From the NCBI GenBank assembly GCA_964016885.1, contig OZ024762.1:8928001-8992000 (forward strand): DNA of 64,000 nt. The letters are read 5' to 3'. Positions 28,642 through 41,645 of this stretch are shown in pieces. A program made the translations under genes and the position numbers. Origin of the DNA: Eledone cirrhosa. Taxonomy: Eukaryota. The notes beneath the pieces are model-generated. The model searched no databases. It was not told where the DNA came from and saw only the letters and a program-made list of their open reading frames with translations. How positions within the stretch are numbered: position 1 is the first letter of the stretch; the number at the start of each line of letters is the position of its first letter.

Positions 28642-28729
28642 GCATACACCATACATACACATATATATATACATGCTCATACACACGCATATATACACAA
28701 TACATGCTCATACACACGCATATATATAT

Positions 28730-28773
<44 letters not shown>

Positions 28774-28976
28774 ATATCTCTATATATACATATACTTAAT
28801 ATACACATATATCATATATCATATATATATATATGTATCTATCTAGGGCGGGTAAAATTCCCGTGATCCATGGACGAGTTCTCCCCAGCGCCCTCTGTCC
28901 CTCATTATCGCTGCCATGTCCTGCGTCTCCAATATATATGATGTATGTGTATATTAAGTATATATATATATATTAA

Positions 28977-29028
<52 letters not shown>

Positions 29029-29243
29029 ACACATATATTTTTATTGTTTGACCCGAATTACTTGGTCGTTTTGATTTTGGCTGTGCGGATGATATGTTTA
29101 ACCATCATCTCAGTGTGTTTGGCCCTTAACGTATGTTGTAGCTCTGATTCATATGATTCATCGAGCGCTTGCCACACATCTCGGACGTTGATTTTCGTTA
29201 ATTCCTGAGCTGAAAACGATTCTCGCTAATTTATATTTGTATA

Positions 29244-29280
<37 letters not shown>

Positions 29281-29281
<1 letters not shown>

Positions 29282-29461
29282 AGTTATTCCGATTTCAATC
29301 GGGGGTAACCACAGTAAGTAAGGTACTCAATACATAGCAGAGTATAAATGTTTAATATAGAAAAGCTTGTACAGGACTAGAACTGTTTCATACGTGAGAA
29401 ATCATCAGGAGCTTCCTGATGATTTCTCACGAATGAAACAGTTCTAGTCCTGCAGAAGCTT

Positions 29462-29468
<7 letters not shown>
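29281..29468. mobile_element. HHR element family G, fold-back copy
   Basis: agcttc-CTGATGA-tttctcacgaat-GAAA-cag-ttctagtc-ctg-(C)A-gaagct at 29410-29460. The inversion is centred on stem I. Confidence 0.75.
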
Positions 29469-29508
<40 letters not shown>

Positions 29509-29511
<3 letters not shown>

Positions 29512-29889
29512 CGAAGGAAATGTGGTAAGGAACCAGGTGGACCATAACGCACCAAAGTACTCAATACTTGGGGTAGTAGAGTGGGTAATAGGAACCAGTA
29601 AGACCCCGACGGCTGAGCTCAAGCCGTTTCGACAGCTAATTCAGTCCAGAATTAGCTGTCGAAACGGCTTGAGCTCAGCCGTCGGGGTCTTACTGGTTCC
29701 TATATATATATATATATATATATGAAAAAGTATGCTCCCGACGGCAGAGCTCAAGGCGTTTCGACGGCTAAATTAGAATAATATTTCTGGACTAAATTAG
29801 AATTTTTAGCCTGGTGAATAAATAGCCGAACTTGTCGAGGGGGTACTCTGGTGCGTTATGGTCCATCTGGTTCCTTACCACAATTCCTT

Positions 29890-29893
<4 letters not shown>
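29509..29893. mobile_element. Two family D copies; the second (29724-29843, -) retains the 5' part of the ribozyme
   Basis: Minus strand: cccc-TCGACAA-gttcggctattt...tagccgtc-GAAA-cgccttgagctctgccg-TC-ggg. Confidence 0.7.
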
Positions 29894-29955
<62 letters not shown>

Positions 29956-30087
29956 GTAGGTCCCGGGTTGAGTCGGGGATAACCACAGTAAGTAAGGTAC
30001 TCAATACATGGCAGAGTAAAATTTTTTATTTTATAGAAGGAGCTTCTACAGGACTAGTACTGTTTCATTCAGATGAAATCTTCAAGA

Positions 30088-30138
30088 AGCTTCTTGAAGA
30101 TTTCATCTGAATGAAACAGTACTAGTCCTGTAGAAGCT
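30088..30138 (+). ncRNA. Type I hammerhead fold, family G (C3U core), within a loopless palindrome (~30023-30155)
   Basis: agcttc-TTGAAGA-tttcatctgaat-GAAA-cag-tactagtc-ctg-TA-gaagct. An identical mirror copy is on the minus strand. Confidence 0.7.
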
Positions 30139-30194
30139 CCTTCTATAAAATAAAATAAAAAAATAAAAAAAAAAATATATATATATATATATAT

Positions 30195-31025
30195 ATCCAG
30201 GGAGTGTAACTTGGAGTCACTGTAGGTTCTCCCGGGTGAGCACTCGATGTTTAGGTTCACTTCAGTGTCGAGGTGTAGAGCTAGACAGAGTGTATTATAG
30301 TTAAATAAAATAAAACAAGGACGGTTGTTTACTCCTTCATTATATTTATTGGTTGGTGGATTGGCAGTATCGGTAGAGGGCGGTGGATTGGCGGTGGATT
30401 GGCAGTATTGGTAGAGGGTCGGACGCCATGCTTTCCAGCATAGTTACGTCCCTTTACGATCTGAGTTCAAATCCCGCCGAGGTTGACTTTGCCCTTCATC
30501 CTTACGGGGTCGATAAAATAAAGTACCAGTAATGCACTGGATAATTGCTGGCCTTGTGCCTAAAGTAGAAATAATTATATTTATTGGTTGGTGACGCGCG
30601 TTTTGGCACTGATCAGCTCAAGGTTCGATCTGTATCGATCTATCCCGACTCTGTTAACCGCGGCTCGTCAGACCCCTTGTAATGGTAATTGTTTCTACTT
30701 TAGGCACAAGGCCAGCAATAACCCAGTACATTACTGGTACTTTATTTTATCGACCCCGCAAGGATGAAAGGCAAAGTTAACCTCGACGGGATTTGAACTC
30801 AGACCGTAAAGGGACGTAACTATGCTGGAAAGCATGGCGTCCGACTCTCTACCGATACTGCCAATCCACCGCCCCAATCCAGACCCCTTGTAATGTTAAT
30901 GGAAGAATGTCAGGTCAGATCGATACAGATCGAACGTTGAGCTGGTCAGTGGCGAAACGCGCGTCACCAACCAATAAACGTAATGAAGGTGCAACCAATC
31001 GTCCTTGTTATCTTATTTAACTAAA
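30195..31025. mobile_element. Family F HHR element in inverted arrangement with two nested SINE family 1 copies (30355-30578 +, 30686-30875 -)
   Basis: Minus 30590-30676: ggt-CTGACGA-gccgc...gtgcc-AAAA-cgcgcg-TC-acc. The plus arm 30915-31022 has gtggc-GAAA-cgcgcg-TC-acc. Confidence 0.7.
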
Positions 31026-31124
31026 TATATATATATATATATCTTACATTGCCCATGGAGTGCGCTGAGATACAACCGGTACTGGCATTGATAAATATGC
31101 TGGGTCCGTCAACCCTTATTATAT

Positions 31125-31300
31125 ATCTATCTATCTATCTATCTAAGGCGGGTAAAATTCCCGAGATCCATGGACGAGTTCTCTCCAGCGGTCTCTGTCC
31201 CTCATTATCGCTGCCATGTCCTGCGTCTCCAACAGACCAGTGTCTGTCCTTAGGGCATCAACATACGTTAACCTTGGTCTTCCACTTCTAGTGTGTCCAC
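31125..31300 (-). mobile_element. RTE-like LINE 3' end with (ATAG)n tail (shorter copy 28840-28931; related end 61175-61310)
   Basis: GHTRSGRPRLTYVDALRTDTG...AAIMRDRDRWRELV, a typical RTE C-terminus. Confidence 0.75.
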
Positions 31301-31862
31301 GAAGGAAATGTGGTAAGGAACCAGGTGGACCATAACGCCCCAAAGTACTCAATACTTAGGGTAGTAGAGTGGGTAATAGGAACGAGTAGGACCCCGACGG
31401 CTGAGCTCATGCCGTTTCGACGGCTAATTCTGGACTAAAATTAGCCGTCGAAACGGCTTGAGCTCAGCCGTCGGGGTCCTACTCGTTCCTATATATATAT
31501 ATATATTAGTAAAAAGAAAAAGAAAATGCTGACAAATTTGTCCAAGAGAAAAATAGTTTAATTAGAAATAAGTATAAATTAGTAATAAGTATTGGTTAGT
31601 ATTCAGTAATAAGTATTGGTTAGTATTCAGTTTTAGTTTTAAGTTTTTACCGGTTGCGCATTTCTTATGCTTTTCAAAAGTAATTTTGAGATAGAGTGCT
31701 CGTGATTTTTGCTCTAATCTGTATATATAACGAAGGAAGTGTGGTAAGGAACCAGATGGACCATAACGCACCAGAGTACTCAATACTATGAGTAGTAGAG
31801 TGGGTAATAGGAAAAGAGTCAGGACCCCGACGGCTGAGCTCCGGCCATTTCGACAGTTAGTT
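31300..31862. mobile_element. Family D copies (31300-31491 fold-back; 31729-31862 single arm)
   Basis: aacgaaggaaatgtggtaaggaacc...gaccccgacggctgagctc consensus. Confidence 0.75.
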
Positions 31863-32355
31863 CAGCTGATAGAGATAGAGAGAGAGAGGCAGAGAGTGAT
31901 AGAGAGATAGATGTAGAGAGTGAGATAGGCAGAGAGAGAGAGAGTCAAATGTATTCCATGCAGGAAATGACATAGTCATATAAGCTGTGTATGTAGGGTG
32001 GGGGGGATTACTGGTGGTGGGGTGGGTGTATGTGTGGTAGTGGTGTTAGAGGTTTTAGGGTGTGGTGGTGGTCTGTATGGTGGTGGTGGTGGTGTATGGT
32101 GTTAGTGCTGGTGGTAGTAGTGGTGGTGGTGTTAGTGGTGGTGCTGGTGTATGTGTGGTGGTGGGGATGGTGGTGGTGGTGGTGGCGGCGGTGATGGTGT
32201 ATGTGTAGTAGTGGTGGTGGTGTATGTGTGGTGGTGTCAGTGGTAGTGGTGTTGGTGGTTTAGGGTGTGTCAAACACCAGTCATTTATGGAGTTAACACT
32301 TAAATGTAGTGAGCCAAAGAAACTTTAATTAATTTTCCTACGCACACATGTGTGA

Positions 32356-32404
<49 letters not shown>

Positions 32405-32583
32405 TACACACACACACATATGTATATATATATATATACACATGTGTGTATATAAATATATATATAAATGCACACATATGTGTATGTATGTGTGTATATA
32501 AATATATACATATATACGGAATATATATATATGTGTCTGCATATGTGTATATATAAATAAATGCACACATACGTATGTATATG

Positions 32584-32640
<57 letters not shown>

Positions 32641-32652
32641 TTATATATATAC

Positions 32653-32691
<39 letters not shown>

Positions 32692-32940
32692 TATATACAC
32701 ACACATATATATATATACATATATATGTATATACACATAAACATATGTGATTGTGCGTGTATATTTCTGTGTATCTGTATTTTTTAGCATGTGAGCATAT
32801 ATATATATATATATATATAATATATATATATATATATAATATAAATATATATATATATATAAATGTATATATATATATATATATTTATAAATGCTCACAT
32901 ATATATATATATATACACACACACATATATATGCATGTAT

Positions 32941-32981
<41 letters not shown>

Positions 32982-33373
32982 GATATATATATATCTTAAT
33001 GTATTTATAATCTGTTTGCACTTGAAGTGGTTCTTGAAAGCTAAGATATTATCTGCTGACAGGCCGTATATAGCTTTATCAGAGCTGTGTCCGCTCATGT
33101 GTGGTGGTCAGTACTAATGTGAACAGCCAAAACATGGAGGGGTGTGTGAAGGATGGGGGGCGGATGGGGGGTCACTACAAATTGGTTTCATTTGCTGACT
33201 AAGTGCCTAGATAAAAGATCACTGGTCTCTATATATCTATATACATGTCTATATATCTATATACATATATCTATATACATCTATATATACGTGTATATAT
33301 ACGTGTATATATCTATATATATCTATATACACACACGTGTATATATCTATATATATCTATATACACACACGTG

Positions 33374-33417
<44 letters not shown>

Positions 33418-33418
<1 letters not shown>

Positions 33419-33608
33419 ACAAAGGAATTGTGGTAAGGAACCAGATGGACCATAACGCACCAGAGTACTCAATACTTAGGGTAGTTGAGTGGGAAATAGG
33501 AAAAAAGTATGACCCCGACGGCAGAGCTCAAGCCGTTTCGACGGCTATTTCTGCAGTCCAGAAATAGCCGTCGAAACGGCTTGAGCTCTGCCGTCGGGGT
33601 CATACTTT
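33418..33608. mobile_element. Family D fold-back copy
   Basis: Same consensus, with (TA)n on both sides. Confidence 0.75.
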
Positions 33609-33782
33609 TAACTATATATATATATATATATTTTGAGTATATGTTGGTTGTATACCAACTCTCCAGTATTCAGATTGGAGCACTCGACGAAGTGCGCAGG
33701 TTGATTTGGTTACTCCGGAGTAATGTAAAATAAAATAAATAAGTCAAATAAATTTTAAACATTTGACTTATTTATTTTATTT

Positions 33783-33841
<59 letters not shown>

Positions 33842-33859
33842 TTATTCCGGGTGACAGTC

Positions 33860-33910
33860 AGCTTCCTGATGGTTTCTCACGAATGAAACAGTTCTAGTCC
33901 TGTAGAAGCT
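33860..33910 (+). ncRNA. Hammerhead fold, family G (A9G variant)
   Basis: agcttc-CTGATGG-tttctcacgaat-GAAA-cag-ttctagtc-ctg-TA-gaagct. Confidence 0.6.
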
Positions 33911-33967
33911 TTTCTATATTAAAAAAAAATATATATATATATAAATACAAATGCCCCCCCCCCCCCC

Positions 33968-34001
<34 letters not shown>

Positions 34002-34203
34002 TTAAGGGTACTATTTATGGTTATGTATGCAATAAAACCTATAACGGTAATATATTATATATACACAAACCCTAAATAGTGAAAGATAGTCATTAATTAC
34101 TACCCTATTACCAGTAAGATAAATAGCTCAATGTAATAACATCAGATGTTTTACAGGGCAGTTATATAGAGATTACAATAATCAAAGTTCAGTTTAAGTC
34201 ATT

Positions 34204-34257
34204 TATTTGCTTACAATTGTTTCCTCCAAACCGGGTTTGGATTCTTCGGAGCAACTA
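34204..34257 (-). ncRNA. Minimal type I hammerhead fold, family H (U4C core)
   Basis: Minus strand: tagttgct-CCGAAGA-atccaaacccggtttggag-GAAA-caattg-TA-agcaaata, with a palindromic stem III. Confidence 0.7.
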
Positions 34258-34511
34258 TTTACTGATCTATAACATACTTGACCTCCTTTTCAACCCAAGA
34301 GACACATAACATCTCTCTCTATATATATATATATGTACTGCCTCTCTGCTTTTGTTCCCGCTCCAATTTTCACATATATACATACATAAAAATATATATA
34401 TTTATATATAAGTAGAAGTGATATTTAATTTTTTGTTGGAAGTCCGACAAATATAAATGCTTATAACTGATTTAGAGCACTCATAGTTTCCATTTATTTA
34501 ATATCATTGTA

Positions 34512-34554
<43 letters not shown>

Positions 34555-34585
34555 ACAATTTGTATATATGTATACAAATTATATT

Positions 34586-34662
<77 letters not shown>

Positions 34663-34764
34663 ATCTCTCTCTATATATATATCTACATAAATACATATAT
34701 ATACGCATACATTTACATATAATGTATACATATGTGTATATATGGATGTATATATATATACATA

Positions 34765-34800
<36 letters not shown>

Positions 34801-34873
34801 AGTGATGATGATGATGATGAAGACAATGACGAAGATGACAATGATGGTGATGTTGACGGTGGTGATGATGGTG

Positions 34874-34906
<33 letters not shown>

Positions 34907-34974
34907 TACATATATATACATATATATACATATAGATACACATTTATATATACAAGTGTTTGATACTTCACTTG

Positions 34975-35180
34975 GTACCACATGTACCCAATAATTGTTT
35001 CTACTTTTGGCACAAGGCCAGCAATTACCTTAGTACATTACTGGTACTTTATTTTATCGACCCCCGTAAGGATGAAAGGCAAAGTTAACCTCGGCGGGAT
35101 TTGAACTCAGACCACAAAGGGCCGTAACTCTTTGCTGCAAAGCATGGCGTCCAACGTTCTACCGATACTGCCAATCTACC
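34975..35180 (-). mobile_element. SINE family 1
   Basis: Matches the family consensus. Confidence 0.85.
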
Positions 35181-35612
35181 GGTCTGTATGTGTGTGTATG
35201 TCTGTGTATCTGTGCGTGTGTTCCTGTGTATGCCTGTATGTGTGTGTGTGTGTGTGTGTATGTCTGTATGTGTATGTGTGTATGTCTGTGTATCTGTGTG
35301 TGTATGCCTGTATGTGTATGTGTGTATGTCTGTATGTGTGTGTGTGTGTGTGTGTATGTCTGTATCTGTGTGTGTATGCCTGTATGTGTATGTATGTGTG
35401 TATGTCTGTATGTGTATGTGTGTATGTCTGTGTATCTGTGTGTGTATGCCTGTATGTGTATGTGTGTATGTCTGTATGTGTGTGTGTGTGTGTGTATGTC
35501 TGTATCTGTGTGTGTATGCCTGTATGTGTATGTATGTGTGTATGTCTGTGTGTGTGTATGTCTGTATGTATGCCTGTGTGTGCGTGTGTATGTCTGTGTA
35601 TCTGTGTCTCTC

Positions 35613-35645
<33 letters not shown>

Positions 35646-35790
35646 GTAGTGTGTTGTGAGGTTGTTATGAGGTTGTTGTGAGTCTGTTAGTCTGCTAGTC
35701 AGGTCTTCTGGCAGCAGGAGGTCTTCAGAGAAAATGGTTGTCTCTTCCGTGACTTCTTCAGCGCCAAACTCCAAAGAAGCATTCCCCCCC

Positions 35791-35821
<31 letters not shown>

Positions 35822-36358
35822 CACCACCGCCACCACCAACACTACCCCTCCCTTCTCCCCCTCCAACCGCCAAAACTCCTCATCCCCTCTCTTCCAACAC
35901 CTTCAGCGCCCCTCCATTACCACCACCGTCGCCCCCCTACACCCACCACCACCACCACCACCCACACACCACCACCACCACCACTACCCCCTCCCACCAC
36001 CACCACCACCACCACCACCACCACCACCACCACCACCACCACATTCATTGTATTGAAACTGTGTTTTCCAATTCTCAACGCATTCCAAGGTTGAATTGCA
36101 CACGCTACTGCCAGCATCATCATCAACACCATCAACACCATCATCATCATCACCATCAACATCATCATCATCACCACCATCAACACCATCATCATCATCA
36201 TCACTGTCATTGTCATCTTCGTCATTGTCTTCTTCATCATCATCATCATCATCATTAATAGCCTTCTCCTCCTCACATACGTTCAGATGTGTGTGTGTGT
36301 GTAATACACACACACACACATATATATATATATTTATATGTATGTATATATATATGTA

Positions 36359-36405
<47 letters not shown>

Positions 36406-36822
36406 TTATATATATGTATGTATTTATATATATATATGTATGTATATATATATGTATTTATATATATATATGTATGTATATATATATGTATATATATATA
36501 TATATGTATGTATGTATATATATATGTATATATATATGTATGTATGTATATATATATGTATATATATATGTATGTATGTATATATATATGTATATATATA
36601 TGTATGTATTTATATATATATATGTATGTATATATATATGTATATATATATATATGTATGTATGTATATATATATGTATATATATATATATGTATATATG
36701 TATGTATGTATATATATATGTATGTATGTATATATATATGTATATATATATGTATGTATGTATATATATATGTATATATATATATATGTATGTATATATA
36801 TATGTATATATATATATGTATG

Positions 36823-36853
<31 letters not shown>

Positions 36854-37064
36854 GTGTATATATATATATGTGTGTGTGATTGCATGTATGTATATGTCGA
36901 AATACCTACACAGAGACACATCTCTCTCTCTCTATATATATATATATAAATATATACACACACACATCTCTCTCTCTCTCTCTCTCGCTCTCCCTCTCTC
37001 TATCTCTCTCTATATATATATAAATATACACACACACACATCTCTCTCTCTCTCCCTCTCTCTA

Positions 37065-37096
<32 letters not shown>

Positions 37097-37106
37097 CACA
37101 CATACA

Positions 37107-37181
<75 letters not shown>

Positions 37182-37439
37182 GCAAAGAGCCATCACATAT
37201 ACATATAAATACATATTTAATGATTCTTTTGCTAGTCATCGTCAATAGTCAGTGGCCATGCTGGGGCTGCCCATGAAATGCTGTTAGTGTATATATATAT
37301 ATATATATATAAATATACACACATAAACATACATAGACATATACACACAAACGCATACATACATACATACACAGTTACATGTATACATATATATGATGGT
37401 TGCCCCCTCGTTATCGAGTATGGCCGTTGCACGATATAC

Positions 37440-37835
37440 CATTGGCAGTATCGGTAGAGGATCGGACGCCATGCTTTGGAACATAGTTACGGCCCTTTAT
37501 GACTCTAGTTCAAATCCCGCTGAGGTTAACTTTGCCTTTCATCCTTACGGGGTCGATAAAATAAAGTACCAGTAATGCACTGGGGTAATTGCTGGCCTTG
37601 TGCGAAAAGTAGAAACCATTATTAATAATTATTAATTAATTCTATGGCGGTGGATTGGCAGTATCAGTAGAGAGTCGGACGCCATGCTTTCCAGCATAGT
37701 TACGTCCCTTTACGATCTGAGTTCAAATCCCGCCGAGGTTAACTTTGCCTTTCATACTTACGGGGTCGATACAATAAAGTACCAGTAATGTACTGGGTAA
37801 TTGCTGGCCTTGTGCGAAAAGTAGAAACAATTATT
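37440..37835 (+). mobile_element. Two tandem SINE family 1 copies
   Basis: Match the consensus. Further copies are at 23684-23860, 24757-24940, 39110-39306, 41880-42068, 42474-42634 and 53150-53260. Confidence 0.85.
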
Positions 37836-39769
37836 TTTTAAAGTGAGGAAAGACTGTGCACTGAGCCAATCCCACTCTCTGAGCGACAGTAGCTATAACC
37901 CGAAAAGAAGAAAAGATCAACATCATCGGTAACTACTGAGCCGCAGGTTTTATATCGAAGTTTTCCCAGTTTCCTGAGTTGCCTTCTCCATATATATATA
38001 CACACACATACATACATCAGGTGGCCTAGTGGTAAGGGTGTTGGACTTACGATGATAATGTCGTCGGTTCAATTCCTGGGTTGCGAGTTGTGTTGTTGAG
38101 CAAAGAACTTCGTTTCACATTGCTCCAGTATACTCAGCTGAAAATGATTACCAGCAAGACAACCCAAATGTTTATTGTATCTTTACTAGTGGACAGATAG
38201 TAGCGAAAATGTTCAATATTAAATACTTTATCTTTTAATGTCAGTCAGTTACACAAGCTGTATGTACTTTAGAAGACTGTCTTGCTATTGTGGTTTCGTG
38301 TTTGTTAATCTAAATGTTTATAGTATCTTTACTAGAGGACAAGTTGTTGTGAAAATGTCCATTATTTGAGTAAAGACATTATCTTTTAATGTGAGTCAGT
38401 TACAGCGATGTTTGTTATTTTATAAGACTGTCTTGCTAATGTGGTTTCGTGTTTGTTAATCCAAATGTTTATTATATCTTTATTAGTGGACAGATTATCG
38501 CGAAAATGTTAAATACATTATTTTTTAATGTTAGTCAGTTACACACGCTGTATGTACTTTATAAGACTGTCTTGCCAATGCGGTTTCTTGTTTGTTAATC
38601 CAAATGTTTATAGTATCTTTACTAGTGGACAGGTTGTTGTGAAAACTTGTAGGATTAGAGTAAAAACTTCAATATTTCATATTATACCAGTTACATTGCT
38701 GTTTTGTACTTTTTAAAACTGTTTTGCCAATGTGGTTTCTTGTGGAACAGGACGTGAAGAGTTAAAACTAACAGTGAATATTCCCGAAGTTAGTTGATAA
38801 AAAAAAATAAAATAAAATAAATAAATACTAAAAATAAATAAAAAGACATGAAATTAAATATTTAAAGATTTGCGGTGATAAGACATCTGCTGATCTTTAA
38901 GCTACTGTGAAATTCATCGATGAGTTTGCAAAGATCACTGCTGATAAAAATAGTTTAACGGTACTACATGTATGTAACGTTGACGGAACATCGCTATTCT
39001 GGCGTTATTATCCGCAGGTAGATAATAGCAACAGCTGATTAGAGAGATCAACTTTGGAGTTAACCCTTTCATTATGATTTCTAATGAAGTTGCACTATTT
39101 CGATAAATAGGGCGGTGGATTGGCAGTATCGGTAGAGAGTTGGGCACCATGCTTTGCAGCACAGAGTTATGGCCCTTTCTTTACGTTTCGAGTTCAAATC
39201 CCGCCGAGGTTAAACTTTGCCTTTCATACTTACGGGGTCGATAAAATAAAGTACCAGTAATGTACTGGTTAATTGCTGGCCTTGTGCCAAAAGTAGAAAC
39301 AATTATTTCGATAAATACTGTATAGATATTTTTTCTGTTATTATCAAATAACCACGCTACAGATATTTAAAAAGGGGGAAGGGAAGGGAAGGGCAAGGGT
39401 TCTGGGGTCACAGAAGAATGGGGGATGAAGGGGGTGGGAAAGGGAGGGGAAGAGTGAGGATGATGGGCTCTGGGCCTAGGGCGCAGCGGTGTTGGGGCTG
39501 CTCCTCGCGGACGGGGCGCAGCACCCTTGCCCCAAACCCCAATCACACCCCTCAGCCCCCTCTCAAGTGCGACACCACAGTTCTTGCCATCCCCTCCCCT
39601 TCTCTTTCTCTTTCTTTCTATATTTCCCTATTTTTTTCTTTCTTTTTGTTCCCTCCTTTTTTTTAAAATGTTTTCCTACTAAATAAGGTTTTTTTTTTTT
39701 TTTGCTTTTGAATAAATTACCTTTTAACTTCCTGTAATACACGTAGAAGGGGGAGGGGGGAGGGGGCAA

Positions 39770-40030
39770 GTACTACTATCACAAAACAAAGGAAGAAAGA
39801 AAGGAAGATGGGGGGAGAGGATGACAGACTCTACACAGAAGTCAGCAGTCAGAGCGGTGTTTCGGCTGCGACCCGGGGACAAAATGGTAAATGTATTTCC
39901 ACAGAAGATGGCCAGCGGCACACGCTGCAACAGCCACCCCCCACCTCGCAGGACTCCTTCCCCAGACGGGGGCTGATGTCGATCCGAGTTAACGGAGGAG
40001 GTCAACTGCCCAATTTAGACGTGATGTAGA
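39770..40030 (-). mobile_element. Diverged CRE-like LINE 3' fragment
   Basis: WLLQRVPLAIFCGNTFTILS aligns with WLFQRVSLTILRGNAFSILS at 41194-41463. Confidence 0.55.
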
Positions 40031-40074
40031 CGGAAAGTGTCTGAAAACGAGTTTATTAATTGAAATGTTTATAG

Positions 40075-40396
40075 CACTCATGGGCAACCTGCGGCCCACG
40101 AAGCTTTCTGAATGACTCACCTAAGTCACCTAAGTGAAATCTTTCTGATTTTTTTGCCCCAACTTTTCAGTCACAATTTATCTTTCTACCATTTTTACGA
40201 TCGAGGAAGGCGTGTACGAATTTTGAAGAAACAAATCAAAACAACCTGAGTTACCGCCCTTTTTTTTTTAAATGTGGACACGAATGTAAATTAGCGCTTG
40301 CGGCCCGCCTGATGATGAGTCATACCTCATGCGGCCCACCTGATGATGAGCCATATCTCATGCAGCCCGCTTCTCAAAAAAGGTTGCCCATGCTTG
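40075..40396. mobile_element. hAT-type MITE
   Basis: TIRs ca..catgggcaacct/aggttgcccatg..tg and a perfect 8-bp TSD gtttatag (40067-40074, 40397-40404). Confidence 0.85.
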
Positions 40397-41179
40397 GTTT
40401 ATAGTATATTTACTAGTGGACAGACCGTTGTGAAAATTTATAGTATTAGAGTAAAGAATTTGTTGTTTAATGTGATGCAGTCATAGTGCCGTTTTGTAGT
40501 TTCCAAGATTAATTCAAATGTTTACTGTATCTTTACTAGTTCAAAAATTATTGTAAACATTTGTAGTATTAGAATAAAGAGTTTGTTATTTAATGTGATA
40601 CAGTCATAGTGCCATTTTGTTCTTTTCAATAATGTCTTGTTTATGTGGTTTATTAAGTTAAATGCTTATCATATCTTTATTAGTAGACAGACTGTTGTGA
40701 AAATGTATAATAAATTCAAGACTAATTTTTAATGTGATACAGTCATAGTGTTTTTTTTTTTGTACTTTTCCAGAATGCCTTACTAATGTGGTTTACTAAT
40801 TCAAATGTCTATAGTATCTTTACAAGTGATCATTGCGAACTTTTTAATGCGAAGCAGTCATAATGCTGTTTTGTATTTTCCAGGAATGTCTTGTTAATGT
40901 GGGTTATAGTAGCTTTATTAGTAGACAGATTGTTGAGAAAATTTACAGTGAATTAAAGACTTTAATTTTTAATGTGATGCAGTCATAATGCTGTTTTGTA
41001 TTTTCTAAGAATGCCTTGTTAATGTGGTTTATCATCATGGAAAAACAAATATAAAGACATTTCAAATATACACGTAGAATACATAAACATACTCATTAAC
41101 TGCTTAATAAACACAACCGCAGGGATATGGTCCGAACATGAAAGAGCCGAACTCCCACTGTCATCGCCTCCATCTCTCT

Positions 41180-41645
41180 CGCCCTCCCCATCTCTACGTA
41201 TGGCAAACAAATAGGGTCACACGTGTTGGCCTCCCCACAACCCCGGCGGACAGAATGGAGAAGGCGTTTCCCCGGAGGATGGTAAGGGAGACGCGCTGGA
41301 AGAGCCATTCCAACTCGCGAGGCTCACTCCTGCGGCTGGCCAGCTCAGCGCCTATGGTGGTGAGTAGGGAGGTAGCCCTCGGGCCAAGGACACCAGAAGT
41401 CTTCACTGCATGGAGAAGGCGTTTCCCCGGAGGATGGTAAGGGAGACGCGCTGGAAGAGCCATTCCAACTCGCGAGGCTCACACCTGCGGCTGGCCAGCT
41501 CAGCGCCTATGGTGGTGAGTAGGGAGGTAGCCCTCGGGCCAAGGACACCAGAAGTCTTCACTGCAAAGGGCACAACCGCGAACCTGTCGGAGAGCGACCG
41601 GTACTTGGAGTGTTTGGCCTCCTCAGCCCCAGGTGCAGCAGAACC
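41180..41645 (-). mobile_element. CRE-clade (RLE-endonuclease) non-LTR retrotransposon 3' fragment with a 154-bp internal duplication
   Basis: AEEAK..KYRSLSDRFAVVPFAVKTSGVLGP...LFQRVSLTILRGNAFSIL motif. Confidence 0.75.

Noticed and set aside
35650-35785. Short non-repetitive island with open frames
   Set aside because: No recognisable domain or splice signals, and it is flanked by low-complexity tracts.
40300-40365. CTGATGA motifs as a hammerhead or C/D box
   Set aside because: No GAAA/UH partner. They are subterminal gcggccc repeats of the hAT MITE.
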